From the NCBI GenBank assembly GCA_965655095.1, contig OZ296656.1, positions 62,620,001-62,684,000 of the forward strand: 64,000 bases of DNA, given 5' to 3'. Under the pieces are notes generated by a model. It was given only the letters and a program-made list of their open reading frames with translations, had not been told where the DNA came from and searched no databases. The position numbers and the translations under genes were made by a program. Source of the DNA: Haplodiscus bocki. Taxonomy: Eukaryota. Positions 22,248-33,692 of the stretch are shown piece after piece. Positions within the stretch are counted from its first letter, which is position 1, and every line of letters starts with the position of its first letter.

Positions 22248-25200
22248 CGGACAAAAAAGGTGGGTTCCAAATCGGCATCTGTGTTAACAGGAAAGTAGTC
22301 CAGAGAAACACAAGTGCTTTGGATATTCAAAAATAAAACAAAATTTTCAAAACTCTCAGTCAAACCGTCAATCATTGAAGTAATCATCAGGAAAAAGTCC
22401 AAGAAAGTATATCAGATAGTTAAAAATTGCTGTAGATCTCCCACATACACCTGAGTTGCACTTAGAGAGAAAAGCAATCATCCAGTCAGACGAAAAAGGA
22501 CTGTCTAAAAGAAATGGTAGGTGGAGATTTCTCTGAAGGTCTACAGATTCGAAAACGTAATCTGCGCAATACAATATTTCAAGATAAATTTATGAGACAA
22601 CTTTTACAGACTGATGAAATTGAAAGCAACGGTGCAATTGAACATTGAGTGTCCTATAATTTTTTGCCACATCTTTCTTAATATGTAAAAAAACTGTTCA
22701 TTCAGTAGGGTTGCTTTTTTTTCAGTCTAGTTTCGCCAAATCTTTGTATTCGAAAACAAATATCAGCAGTGGGGTTAAAACGAAAACTTTTCAAGCAGCA
22801 GTTTGGGGTTCAAATCTCTTTCCTGTCGTTTTTTCTGCCTTCACTGAGCTTTGTTACAACTTCTTCTGGTTACCAGGCATAGTTGGTGGGACAAAAGGGT
22901 TCTGAAACGCTAGTTACTGCTTCAAATCACAGCAGGTACCTGATAAGTTGTTATTATTAGTACAAGTTCGCATTATGACGATTGTTTTATTGTTCTATTC
23001 ATGTCGAATTTGTTATTTTTTGTTGGTTTTTAGTCGGTGTTTTATGAAATAAATTGTTACGTCTTGTAGGTACTTTGTTTCTTCTTTAAAAAAAACTTTT
23101 TGTATTATCACAAACTTTTTAGAGATGTTAACGCATTTACCATTTTTCCTTTAGTTGACCTCCCCGGTGAAATTCTTGAAAACATGCAACAGCAGTTAAA
23201 AGCAGGCAGAGGCAAGCACTCAAAAACACCTGGAAATTTTTTCTACAAAAAAATTCGGTACTGTTCCCGAGGCAAACTCATCATACCCCCTTTATTGCGC
23301 AAAGCTTGTTGATACCAGGAATATCCAGAAACACAGACAGAAACCCCATCGAAAAATTTTGGCACTTCCAGACATAAAACAGTTTCAAGGAAAAATGTGA
23401 TGCCCAGCTTCGCATCGCATTCTTCGTACCAGAAGATTTCAAATAGTAAAATGGCCAACTCAGGAACTTTTTTCTGACAAACAAAAATGTTTCGAAACCT
23501 TTTTGTGATACTCCTTTCTATTGTTTACCAACACTTTTGCACCGGACACATTGGCAGCGCAAAGACATCCAGAAACACAAAAAATGTGAAGTAGTGCCAG
23601 AAACGGTCTCTTACTATTTTTTCGGTACTGTGGTATCGTGAGGAAGCAAGTTTTCAGCTTTTCGACAATTTCTGGTCATACACTCATAGAACTTACTGAA
23701 GCGTTTGCGCTGGACAGATGAGCAGCGTTGACTCTGACGTGTTCTCGGTTTGCTAAAATGGTTTCCGTCCAAAAAATTCGGGAAAGAAAAATTGTCACTT
23801 CAGTTGGGGAGTTTTTTTCTTTTTCCAGATTTTGCGAGGGTCACGCAAACTTTGTGTAGGAAACTGATTAATCTCTCTCGAAAAACATATCTGAGATGCC
23901 ACCGCAGACAGGTAGCCCCAAACTAGAAGGCACCAATTCTTTTCCGAATTGGTTCTGTGTTTTCCCAACCATTGTACGTTTTTGGTTCTCCTTGATCTAC
24001 AGTACAGTTTTTCTGATATACTATAGTATTTTTCTGAGTTTCGAAAAAAAATTTCTGCAGAAATGAATTAACTCGACTTAATCCAAATTTTCGAACAGTT
24101 AGCAAAAGTTTGACTTGGTCAAAAATTTTAACTTTCCCAAGTAATTAACATGAATTTATTGTATGGATTCAGTTATGAAATTGGAAATATTTGCCTTCAA
24201 AAGACTTCTCCAGCGAGTGTATTTTGTTTTACGTATCTGGGTTGCAATTAAAAGAACTTTTTTCCTGGAGCAAGTCGTTGTGTACGTTGTAAACTCCTTA
24301 GAGTCAGTCAGGCTTAAAAAACAATTGGTGCTTTTTGTTCTCAAAAATCGAATTTTTCACCCGAAACATTCGACTGGATTCTTCCACGAAAACGACAATC
24401 AACAATCTTTTAGCAGTAGAAATTCTGCTGTTATCGGAAAGCTGGCATATGAGACAGGGATCGATTATGCAGAGATTGATTGGACAGGTATTTTTCTAAA
24501 CAGATTTATCAACCTAATTTTTCACAAAACTACCTGCGGCTTTTCATCGATCAACGTCCTCCTTGAACATTGTCACATTGTGAGAACGCGTTGAATGAAA
24601 AATTTTGCTGTTTGATCTCTTCAATAGAAACATTATTCGGCCAAAGCCAGCAAGACTTGCAATTTCGTATGACGAATCTCTACATTCAAATTGTCTTCTC
24701 TTGAAGACTTTTGGCTCTAACTCTTCTGCCAACGTCTCATTCGACAGTTCCGTACTTGCAAAACATCCTTCAGCAATGGCATTTTAATACCGGTTTTTGC
24801 ATTGGAGCTTTTGTGGATTGAATTGATAAGCAAACTCGATTTTTTTTCTTTGCAAAACAAACTGGTTGAACTCTGCCATCATAGCCTCGGTCAACTTTTT
24901 CTATCTCCAGAACAATTTTCGTATTTTCCCGTTGCTGGAAAATGTCATGGCCTCGCAAACTTTGAGGACCGGTGTATCCAAGCAATGGGAGTTGTCTGAT
25001 TTTTCTGAATACAAACTTGCTTTCCTCAAAATATCTTTATGCATTCCAATCAACAAAGTATCAGTCCACTCTTTTATTACCTGTACACATCGGAAAACTT
25101 CAATTGTTGCGTTTAGTTCCCAGCAACACAAAATTGATAAACCGCATGTGTCAAAATTACACGAATTCATCTCGATGATGAAATTCGATACTTTCAAAAC

Positions 25201-28200
25201 AAATGGCTGAATATCTCTCATCGAGATCTCAGTCAACAGATTTGCAAACGTAGATCATCTTTGAACTACAAATGTTTTAGGAATTTTTGTCATATTGGAT
25301 ATTTTAAGGACAAGAAGATTTGAAAAATACAAAAGATTGCAATTTTTCTGAAAAATCAGAGCTTTCTCTCTCCAAAACTACCGCTTTCATTTTGTTCATT
25401 ATAGTAACAATCGGCATTTTTCAGGCGTGAAATGTTAATTGGCTACCAATTGGTGTATTCAATTCCCTACAACAGAATTTTGATGGGGGAACTAGCCAAA
25501 AAATGAAAACTTGTTTGGTTCCTCTTCATAATTGAACTCGCTTTCCTTCAAAGCAATTTTAAAAGTTACTGCGGTCAAGGTCTCAACAAAGGTTTTCATG
25601 CACAAGATGATTCAATTTCCATGTCTTCTGTTTTTATCTTTTCTTGAGAAAGTGATAAACCTTCATTGCCAAAAATTAGGTATTTGTGTGATGCACCTCT
25701 GTATCAGAACCTTTTTTTCCTGAGCTACCGGCTGCATTTCTTCATCAGGCAAATAAAAATTTTGAATGATTTTGGTTTTTGAAACTTTAAATTTTTTTGC
25801 TCTCAGCGGAAATTTGTTTGACTGAGAATTCCACAACTTGCATATGCATGTGGTTCTTCTGGAGATTGCACATGATTTCTCCAAAACAACCAACCGGACA
25901 TGTTCCACCAAGGTCTCAGTGGACGTTTTGAGTTGCGTATAAGGTTTCTTGATGAAGTTATTCCACAAAACGTTTCCTGTCTCCATATTTTTTCAGGCAC
26001 AAATTGGCAAAAGTTTTACTTGTGGCGGCTGTTTTCTCTAGTCAAACCCATTCTCTTTAAAATTTCAGGCTGGTTTTTCGCTATCAAGATCTCACCTGAT
26101 AGTTTCAAATTTTCGAGAGGTGGTTCAGAAAAACAAATTGGGCCATAGTATTTTGGTTTGGAGGCCTGGTAAATTTATCATCCCGAAATTCATATAAATC
26201 AGTGGTGGAAGTGATCTTTATGGAAAACTTCAGAAAACTAGACTCAAAACAGTAATCTCCATTTTTAACTGTTTGCAAAAAGTGAAAAGAAACTTTGTAT
26301 TTAGGCAAAAAAGATGATGTGCTAGCCGGCCGTCCTGTTCTTTTGCGCACGCGTTCCTTCAAAGCGCAGCAAAAAACGGTTGAGAAAATAATCTGAAATG
26401 AAGGGAAAAAATGCAGACAGAGAAAAGAAATTCAGATCTTTCGAAAAGAAACCGACTGAATAAGTCTCAAAAAAGACTCAATTGGATAAAAACTGAGCTA
26501 AAAAAAAACAGAACACTATCAAAAAAATCCAGAACCAAAAAACGTCAAACAAGTGATGAGCATTGTGAGAACAATTGCCAGGGATTAAAACGAGTCTATT
26601 GAGTAAAATTGAAAACATAAGCCAATCACTTGAGAAAGACAGAACATAGGCAAACATTGCCTTGCCCGTCAGATTCAAGTGATCGAAAACAAACAACATT
26701 CGATTGACCGGGCGCTACTGTCTATTTTTCACTGAAGTTTCGTAATTAGACCAAAAACTACCAAGCAATGGAAAAACTGAAAAAGAAATACAATTTTCGT
26801 TGAACTTCGCGACAGATTTTGCGTTATCAGGGAAAAATGTTTTCCAGGGAAAACCGCAGATCACACCGGACGCTATGCATACAAATTGTTTCAAACACAC
26901 TGTAGTCTTGCAGGTATAGCAACAAACGACGTTAAAAAACGGAAGTTTTTGATACAGACTTGTAATTTTCCTCCAAAAAGTGGATCGTCAGAAAATCTAC
27001 GGAAAGTAGGCATAGTTGTCGCAGACTGCCACTCGTGACGTCCAAGTCTACACGGTAAACTATGACAACCCACAACCAGGTACATAAACCAACCTAATGC
27101 TTTTGTTTGAAGACTTCAAACGTCGTAAAATTCAACTAAACGTAAGCGTCGGACAAATTCCCCCTGTTTTGCAGAACACACTATACCTACATATATAAAC
27201 TTATGTATATCTCTATATTTAGAAACACATTTTATTAGAGTGTAAATTGCATACTATTAGCAAAAGCGCTAGTAAAAAATGAAGACGCAGTTTAAACGAA
27301 TGTTTACAGTACTTAACTAACGCACAGAGACTGTATTGGAAACTGAGTGGTCAAAACAAAAGTTTTCAGCCAAAGTTCTGACCAACTAACAGCACTACTA
27401 TTGAGTGGTTAAAAGTTGGTCACAAAGACCTAATTTTGCCCAGTTTGCTCAAGGCAAGCAGTTGCCTCCAAATAAAGGGACAAAAAACAGCAAGACGAGG
27501 CTATACTGATCAGAATTTGACCGCCATTTTGTTGTAAGATTTAATACATGTTATCCTTACCTATTATATAACCATATCTTTAAATAGTACCTTGTTTCAA
27601 CCCATCCAGTGCTTACTGCAAACAACTTCCCGTGAAAATCACGGTTGATCAAAAGGCGGTACTAATGACCGTTGTAGCCCACTAAATCTTAATGGTAATC
27701 CTACCCGGGGAACATATATTGAAAAAATGTTTGATATCATGAATATTGATCTGTTTTACTACTCTCACCATGTATCAATATTTTTGCATGAATGAAGAAA
27801 AATGATAGTCACAACGACATGAAAATTTTCTCAATATTTTAATCACGTCAATTGACACCATATGTAATTTAACCATCACCTTGATGCTCCTGGAAGTACC
27901 ATGATCTTTCCCATGACCTCTTGTATGCATGTACTTATGTTCCATAAAATTTCTTTCTATGTTTTTTGATTTTATTCAGTTTGTTGGAACCAAAATTTGC
28001 ATGTCATTATTTCTCGGTGTCACCCCCTTTCGAATTACAAAAGTGGTGCTATGTTTAGAAAGATGACACGATCATGTCATAGAACGAGCAGTATAAACAT
28101 TTTGATGTTTTATATCTTTGTAGTTACAGGTATGACGTCAAGGCATTAGAAGAAATGTTTGGCGAACAAACTAGAAGTCATGACACAGAGTCCTAACTTG

Positions 28201-28460
28201 AGGTCCACTGAAATCTCCTTCTTGAGATGTACGAAAACTCTCATACGATTCAGTCGAAAACGAACTTTCATACGACTCAGTTGAACAAAACTTTCTTGTG
28301 ATCGAATTGAACAAAAACTTTATCACATTTTGAACTGTCACCCTTTGATTGAAACCTATAATTTGTTTAACAATAAATATACTTTTGAATTTCTGTTGCT
28401 TTGTTATTTCACCAACTTTTTCATTGTTCAAGTACAATTGATTTATTTGTTAAAACAAAC

Positions 28461-29027
28461 ATGGTTTCCACTCGCAAGAAGAGACAGTTAGATAGAAGCC
28501 TTCTCAACCAATTACATGGCTTCGATAAAGATGTTAATATTGGTAATGTTTTGAGCAATAGACGAGAAAATACTACGGTCAATGAAGGTACCGCTGACCA
28601 GGAATTTGCCGTCGGTAATTCCAACGTCGGCCCAGCAGTAAATGAAAATATGGTGAATGGAGAACCTTAGAAAGATGTTTTAATGAGAAGATGGACAAGG
28701 AAACGGGTAATTTTGTTGACACGGTCGAAGACAGGATTCAAAACACGATTTTGACCGCGATAGGTAGTAATATTACTCCTAAAATCGAATTAGCTATTAG
28801 GTCAATAAGATAATCTTCTGGACGGAATGCGACCAGTATTATGGCAAGTTCAGAACGTGGGAAAAACATAGGGATTACTGTCCCTTTTGAAAGGACCGTA
28901 TCCGAAAGGAACAATACACTACATGTGTTAAACACAAATGATGAAACTCGAAACAAAATTCCGGACGAGGTAAGTGAATTGTCGGTCCCAGATACACATT
29001 TTGAGTAGCAACCACACACTCATCACA
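28461..29027 (+). pseudogene. Degenerate ORF remnant (MVSTRKKRQ...), gag-N-like, decayed retroelement or solo LTR
   Basis: Basic N-terminus similar in style to the remnant at 223-603; reading continues through lesions to ...CTCATCACA. Confidence 0.35.
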
Positions 29028-29699
29028 ATGGTCTTTATGGGTTTCTTTCATGCAGTTTACAGGGATGTGCAGAAATGTTTGGAGGCACCATATGTAAAAA
29101 CATACCAATTACCAATTTAAAAAAATAGGAATTTTACGTTGTTTCGGCGAACAAAAGGTAACCACTAGAGATATGTTGTGCGAGCAATCGGAAAAACTCC
29201 CGCCTGACTCGAAACTCAGCGGAAAGGAAACGCTTCCTTTTTTTCCCGCCGCAACCCAAAAACACTGCTGACAAATAATGTATCGCAAAAAGTTTTTGGA
29301 GAAAATCAGTAAACAATTTTCTGCTGGGTAAGGGTGAATTCTATGCTAAACTTTTGACAATGGAGCGAAAGCAAAAACATCAGTCCACCGAACACTGGAT
29401 TAGCATAATCAAGGAAACATTATGCAGGCTCTGAAAGTCAAAGTACAACCTATTTTAGGGGAAGAGTTACCAACGACGTAGGAAGAAGTGAATTTGTTTT
29501 GACCATAAAAACACGTGAAGGCAAAAAAATTTCGGACAAATTCGACGGCAAAGGTTTAGCCCACCATCTCCTGGTCTTCTGGAGTTGAGTATGTGAAAAT
29601 GCCGCATGATGTCACAAGCTCTGAGATGAGAACCTGTAAAGAAAAAATTTGTGGCAGATGTCACGAAATCTGCTGAAATAGGTTGGAAAAAAGAAACTG

Positions 29700-31060
29700 C
29701 GCCTATATGAAGCGTTTATCTCGGTAGCTTAAACATGGGAAAGGAGCGAAAAATTCAGAAATGAGTTCTTTTTCAAAACTCAAGAAAGTATACTACAGTT
29801 TGCACAATGTCCAGTGTTCATCCATTATATCGGGAGCCGCTTTTTGGCCTAAAAGATCTCAAGGAGATGTGCAACAAATAAAGTTTGCCAATCGCTCATA
29901 TGAGAGTGAACTGAAAAGAAGCACAGAACTAGCGTTTCAGTACTTTCCTTTGCAGTTTGGGTATTATACGAAATTAGACTTTACCCAATTGGAAAGTTAC
30001 TAGTCCTAATAACGGATCATCAAGCTTTGCACGCCTTGCTAAAACGGAAGAGAGTATATAAGCAAAATAGTGCCTTGCTAAAAATGTAGACCAAAAAACT
30101 CATGGGCTCGTGGCGGTAAAAATTGGGATGACAAAAAAAATGACAATAACTGATAGTGTGGTTCGGAACGTGGGTTTTACAGCGTCACTTGAAAACAGTT
30201 CTGAAGAAGAGGAGTCCCTTTGAAGCAATTGTGGGCGAGTTCCTCAACTAAAATACGTGAACGAAAGCGGACTTGTAAAATCAATCGAAGTCACGGACAA
30301 CTAAAATGCCGTCGAATAACTCCGAACAACAGAACCTAAAAATAGACAGGTAATTATCGGAGCAAAGAGAAAAAACAACTAGACAATCAAATAACGCGGA
30401 TAGCAAACTAACAGGTGCAGTTGCTGAAATCCGATTGATTGAAGAGCAAAACTCCATCGAAAGAAGCCAATCAAAATGGAACATTCTATTGAGCGCAGCT
30501 TTAACGAACTTGATAGAGGCATCAACTGTTGAAGGAGATTACCACCTGAGCCAAATTATTTCACAAGTTATTGCATGGATAAAAATCAAGGCAACAAGCG
30601 TGAAACCCGGAAGGAACCTGACTGACAAACTAGTTGACTGCAGGGTGGGGCAACATTCAAGCAAGTTCTGACTACCCAACAGGAGTTGTCCCCAACGACG
30701 AATGAGCTGAAATGAACCCGAAGAAAAAGCCAGGAGTAAAACGAGGTTCAAGCAATCAATTTCAAAAATACAACAATCAGCTCAACTTCCCAGAGACGAA
30801 ACAAAAGAGATAAAATGACAGATTTCACCGTTACGGGACAGAATCGGAACGCGAAGAAAGACTTCCAGTCAATGCGGGTGAAACGGAAGTTAAGTACAGT
30901 AAATTTCCGACTATTCGATCGCGCGCACACGCAAGCTATTCTAAGATTCAATCAAATATATCAGCATAAACCAGGTCGTGTAATAGGTTGAAAGGAAAGA
31001 AAAGCAGCTGCCAAGAATGAGCCGATTTTGATGGAACGGTTCGTCACCGATTTAAGTTAC
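29700..31060 (+). pseudogene. Highly decayed older Gypsy-like pol fragment (RNase H-like), probably continuing at 43761-44400
   Basis: GAAFWPKRSQGDVQQIKFANRSYESE resembles the Gypsy RNase H GA.L.Q...G...PIAFASR.L..SE motif. Confidence 0.4.
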
Positions 31061-31066
31061 CTTGTA

Positions 31067-31198
31067 TACCCGGGTTGGAAAAACATAGCTGACATGCCAT
31101 GATCTTGCCATGATCATACCATGGCGAGTATGAATCACCATGATCATACCATGTCACAGCATGATCGTCATGTTTGACCATGGCTGTCAACCCGGGTA
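31067..31198. mobile_element. Small MITE-like element with terminal inverted repeats and TA flanks
   Basis: TACCCGGGTTG (31067-31077) ... CAACCCGGGTA (31188-31198); interior of CATG-rich short repeats. Confidence 0.75.
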
Positions 31199-31204
31199 GG
31201 TTAC

Positions 31205-31722
31205 TGTTGTAAACCGGGGGTTCTTAAATTATTGCTTTGCTCTCACTTGCGCATAAGTCTCAAAAAGTTGTTATAAAAAGAACATAAATTTTAGAAAGGT
31301 CTTTTACAAATATTGGAAAATTCTAAGTCATGAGCTTTTCTGACTTAGCTGTTTTTATAAATAAGTCTTAGTGAAAATTCAAGACTCTTTGTCAGTTGAA
31401 TTTCAGGGGTGTTTTAGAGAGAGCAAAGGAAAGAGAGAAAAGAACGACTATTGCCTTCTTAACGTCCGCATAGGATCGTTTGTTTCTGTTAGCGTATTTT
31501 TCTCTCTAGCTCAGGACAGTTGTTCTGTCACGCGGCTTTTCCTTATTGGCTGAGCGTTAAAAGAATCGTCTTTTGCAATTTCATGCGAGCGCGTTGCTAT
31601 TCGCTCAGACAATCTAAATGCTAAGATAATTCCTCTTCGGATATTATTTCTCTCTGAGTCATTTTCCCTGGATATTCTCCTTTAGGAAAATGAACTAAAT
31701 TAAACGGTAGCGCATTGCTACA
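31205..31722 (-). repeat. Element 2 3' LTR (518 bp)
   Basis: Near-identical to 43239-43756 (about six substitutions by eye). Confidence 0.97.
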
Positions 31723-31826
31723 ACTCACCCCAGTTGACAGAGAAGACTGCTTTAGCCGTAATATTCGTCAACTGATAAAAAATAACAAAAGAATAAATCA
31801 AGAAAAGATAATATAATGTATGCAAT

Positions 31827-33509
31827 TTAATATTTAAATGTTTTAACAGAAAGATTAATGTTGAAGAAAGGTTGAAAGGGTGCAAAATGTTTGTAAGCAA
31901 GAAAAGTTATTAAAAGGTTTATGAGTTGAAAGTTTGAAGGGTTTTGACTGTTCTTCAACTCAGTTATTCCTTCCAGTGGGAACGTTTTTTCATCAATGGG
32001 CCATGGGAGACGGGTACATTTCTCTTTCCAGTTAGGATCTTTATCAAAATTGTATGCAATGGGGTAATATATTGTTGAGAGTTGAGTCTTGATGTTTCCT
32101 CGTTTAATGTTGAAAATTGAGTACTTCTTGTACTGTTCAACGTCCCAATGTTCAGCATGGGTAAGAAGTGCATGGAGACATCTTTCTAGCTTCTCATACT
32201 GCTGATCATCAACAGCTTGAATTAGCTGTATGGCCTCAGCTCTTTGGATGTCTATTTCCACTCTCATTACTTGTAATTGTTTGACCAGTTTATCGATTTC
32301 GGTCTGCTCTTTGATCTGGGCAGCTTTTTTATTCAAAGACTCTTGAAATCGTTTATTAGCCAGATCATACTCATCGAGTTTTTTCTTTAAGAGTATGTTG
32401 GTCTTAATCGACTCTAACAATTCAGATTGAAGAGACTCCGCTTTGGAGGTCACTTCCTCTAATTGTTGTCTGACTTCTTTGTTCTCTTCGAACAAGTCAG
32501 ATGTCACTCTTTCAGAGATTTCTACCTTTGATTCCGCGCGATCCGCGTTAATCTTGGCATTTGCTCTTGATCTGTTAGCACACCTCAGAGAAACTTTCAA
32601 GTTGTTCAGTTCAATTAGTAGGTTCTTATTCTGCTGTTCAAATTCAGCAATTGCAAATTCGGTGTCCCAGAGTGATGCTGTTAATTGAGTATCTGGTTGG
32701 AAATCGGAACTTTCTGGGTCTGTTTGAGTTCCAATTGATGTTGTTCCGGTTGAATAGGATCGATTACAATTGCGAGTAGTAAAATTAAGATCTGCCTGGC
32801 TTGACGAATTGCTGGGCAAATATGATGATAAAGGGCTGTTGAAAATAGGATTGGGGTCGTCAGGGAACGCAGTGACGACACCAAAGGGAGCTTTAATAAG
32901 AGAGTTCAAATCATGATTGTAAATCACGTATTTCCTTTCGTCTGGGATCCTGTCCTTTAATCTCCATTGATTAAGGTCTTTAGGAATGTTCACCATCAGG
33001 GCAGAACTTCGATTAGCAGGGATTACAATGGAACAATTCAATTTTTTATTGAAGAGTCTGACTTCTCCAATACTACGGGGCAAAGACCATTCATTACAGT
33101 CTTTACGAATGCCATATTTAAGAAAAGATATAAATTGTGGATCAGCGTTATCAATATTCAGTTCCCGCTCTCGTTGAATTTCCAATCTCTCTTTGAGACT
33201 TGGAAAGGATTTTTTATCCTTCGGGAGACCATCATCCAAACGTGAGAGACCACGTGAGGGTCCTTGTCCATCATCGAGTCTCATTGACAAACGATGAGAG
33301 GGTTTAGGATTATTGCCAAGTCTCATTGACTTTTTGGCACTGATGTTTTCTATTGATTCGGTGGCAACACGTTTGTTGGCATTTTGGTAAATAGAGACTG
33401 CCTTTTTATTAATTCGTCTTGCTTTTCTGGGCTTGAAGGTAACGTTAGGGGGTCTCAGGTCACTGGGGATAAAACCTTCAGGCTCGAATATTTCAATAGA
33501 GTCAGACAT
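31827..33509 (-). CDS. Post-env ORF4, 560 aa, intact, long coiled-coil, unknown function
   Basis: Uninterrupted ORF between env and 3' LTR; heptad-rich E/K/Q/L region roughly aa 285-440. Confidence 0.8.
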   Translation of the reverse strand: MSDSIEIFEPEGFIPSDLRPPNVTFKPRKARRINKKAVSIYQNANKRVATESIENISAKKSMRLGNNPKPSHRLSMRLDDGQGPSRGLSRLDDGLPKDKKSFPSLKERLEIQRERELNIDNADPQFISFLKYGIRKDCNEWSLPRSIGEVRLFNKKLNCSIVIPANRSSALMVNIPKDLNQWRLKDRIPDERKYVIYNHDLNSLIKAPFGVVTAFPDDPNPIFNSPLSSYLPSNSSSQADLNFTTRNCNRSYSTGTTSIGTQTDPESSDFQPDTQLTASLWDTEFAIAEFEQQNKNLLIELNNLKVSLRCANRSRANAKINADRAESKVEISERVTSDLFEENKEVRQQLEEVTSKAESLQSELLESIKTNILLKKKLDEYDLANKRFQESLNKKAAQIKEQTEIDKLVKQLQVMRVEIDIQRAEAIQLIQAVDDQQYEKLERCLHALLTHAEHWDVEQYKKYSIFNIKRGNIKTQLSTIYYPIAYNFDKDPNWKEKCTRLPWPIDEKTFPLEGITELKNSQNPSNFQLINLLITFLAYKHFAPFQPFFNINLSVKTFKY

Positions 33510-33692
33510 GAGGAATGTTCTGAAATTAAATCAAAGAAGTGAGTAAACAAAAATTGAGGAAAATATGTTGAGAAAAAAAAGATTTAAAAAAATTCAACAC
33601 AGCGAGTAAATAAGTGTTTTTTTGTTTTTGTTTTCGTTTTCCCCTTTTTTTTCAATTTTTTCGAGTTTCTTTTTTCTGTAAAGTTAAAAAAA

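Noticed and set aside
22300-27150. Many 60-140 aa ORFs on both strands
   Set aside because: Low-complexity F/K/L-rich translations of A/T-run-rich decayed repeats, no motifs
31371-31553. 60-aa ORF repeated at 43405-43587
   Set aside because: Simply the LTR duplication of element 2, GTG start, antisense to the element, no coding signal
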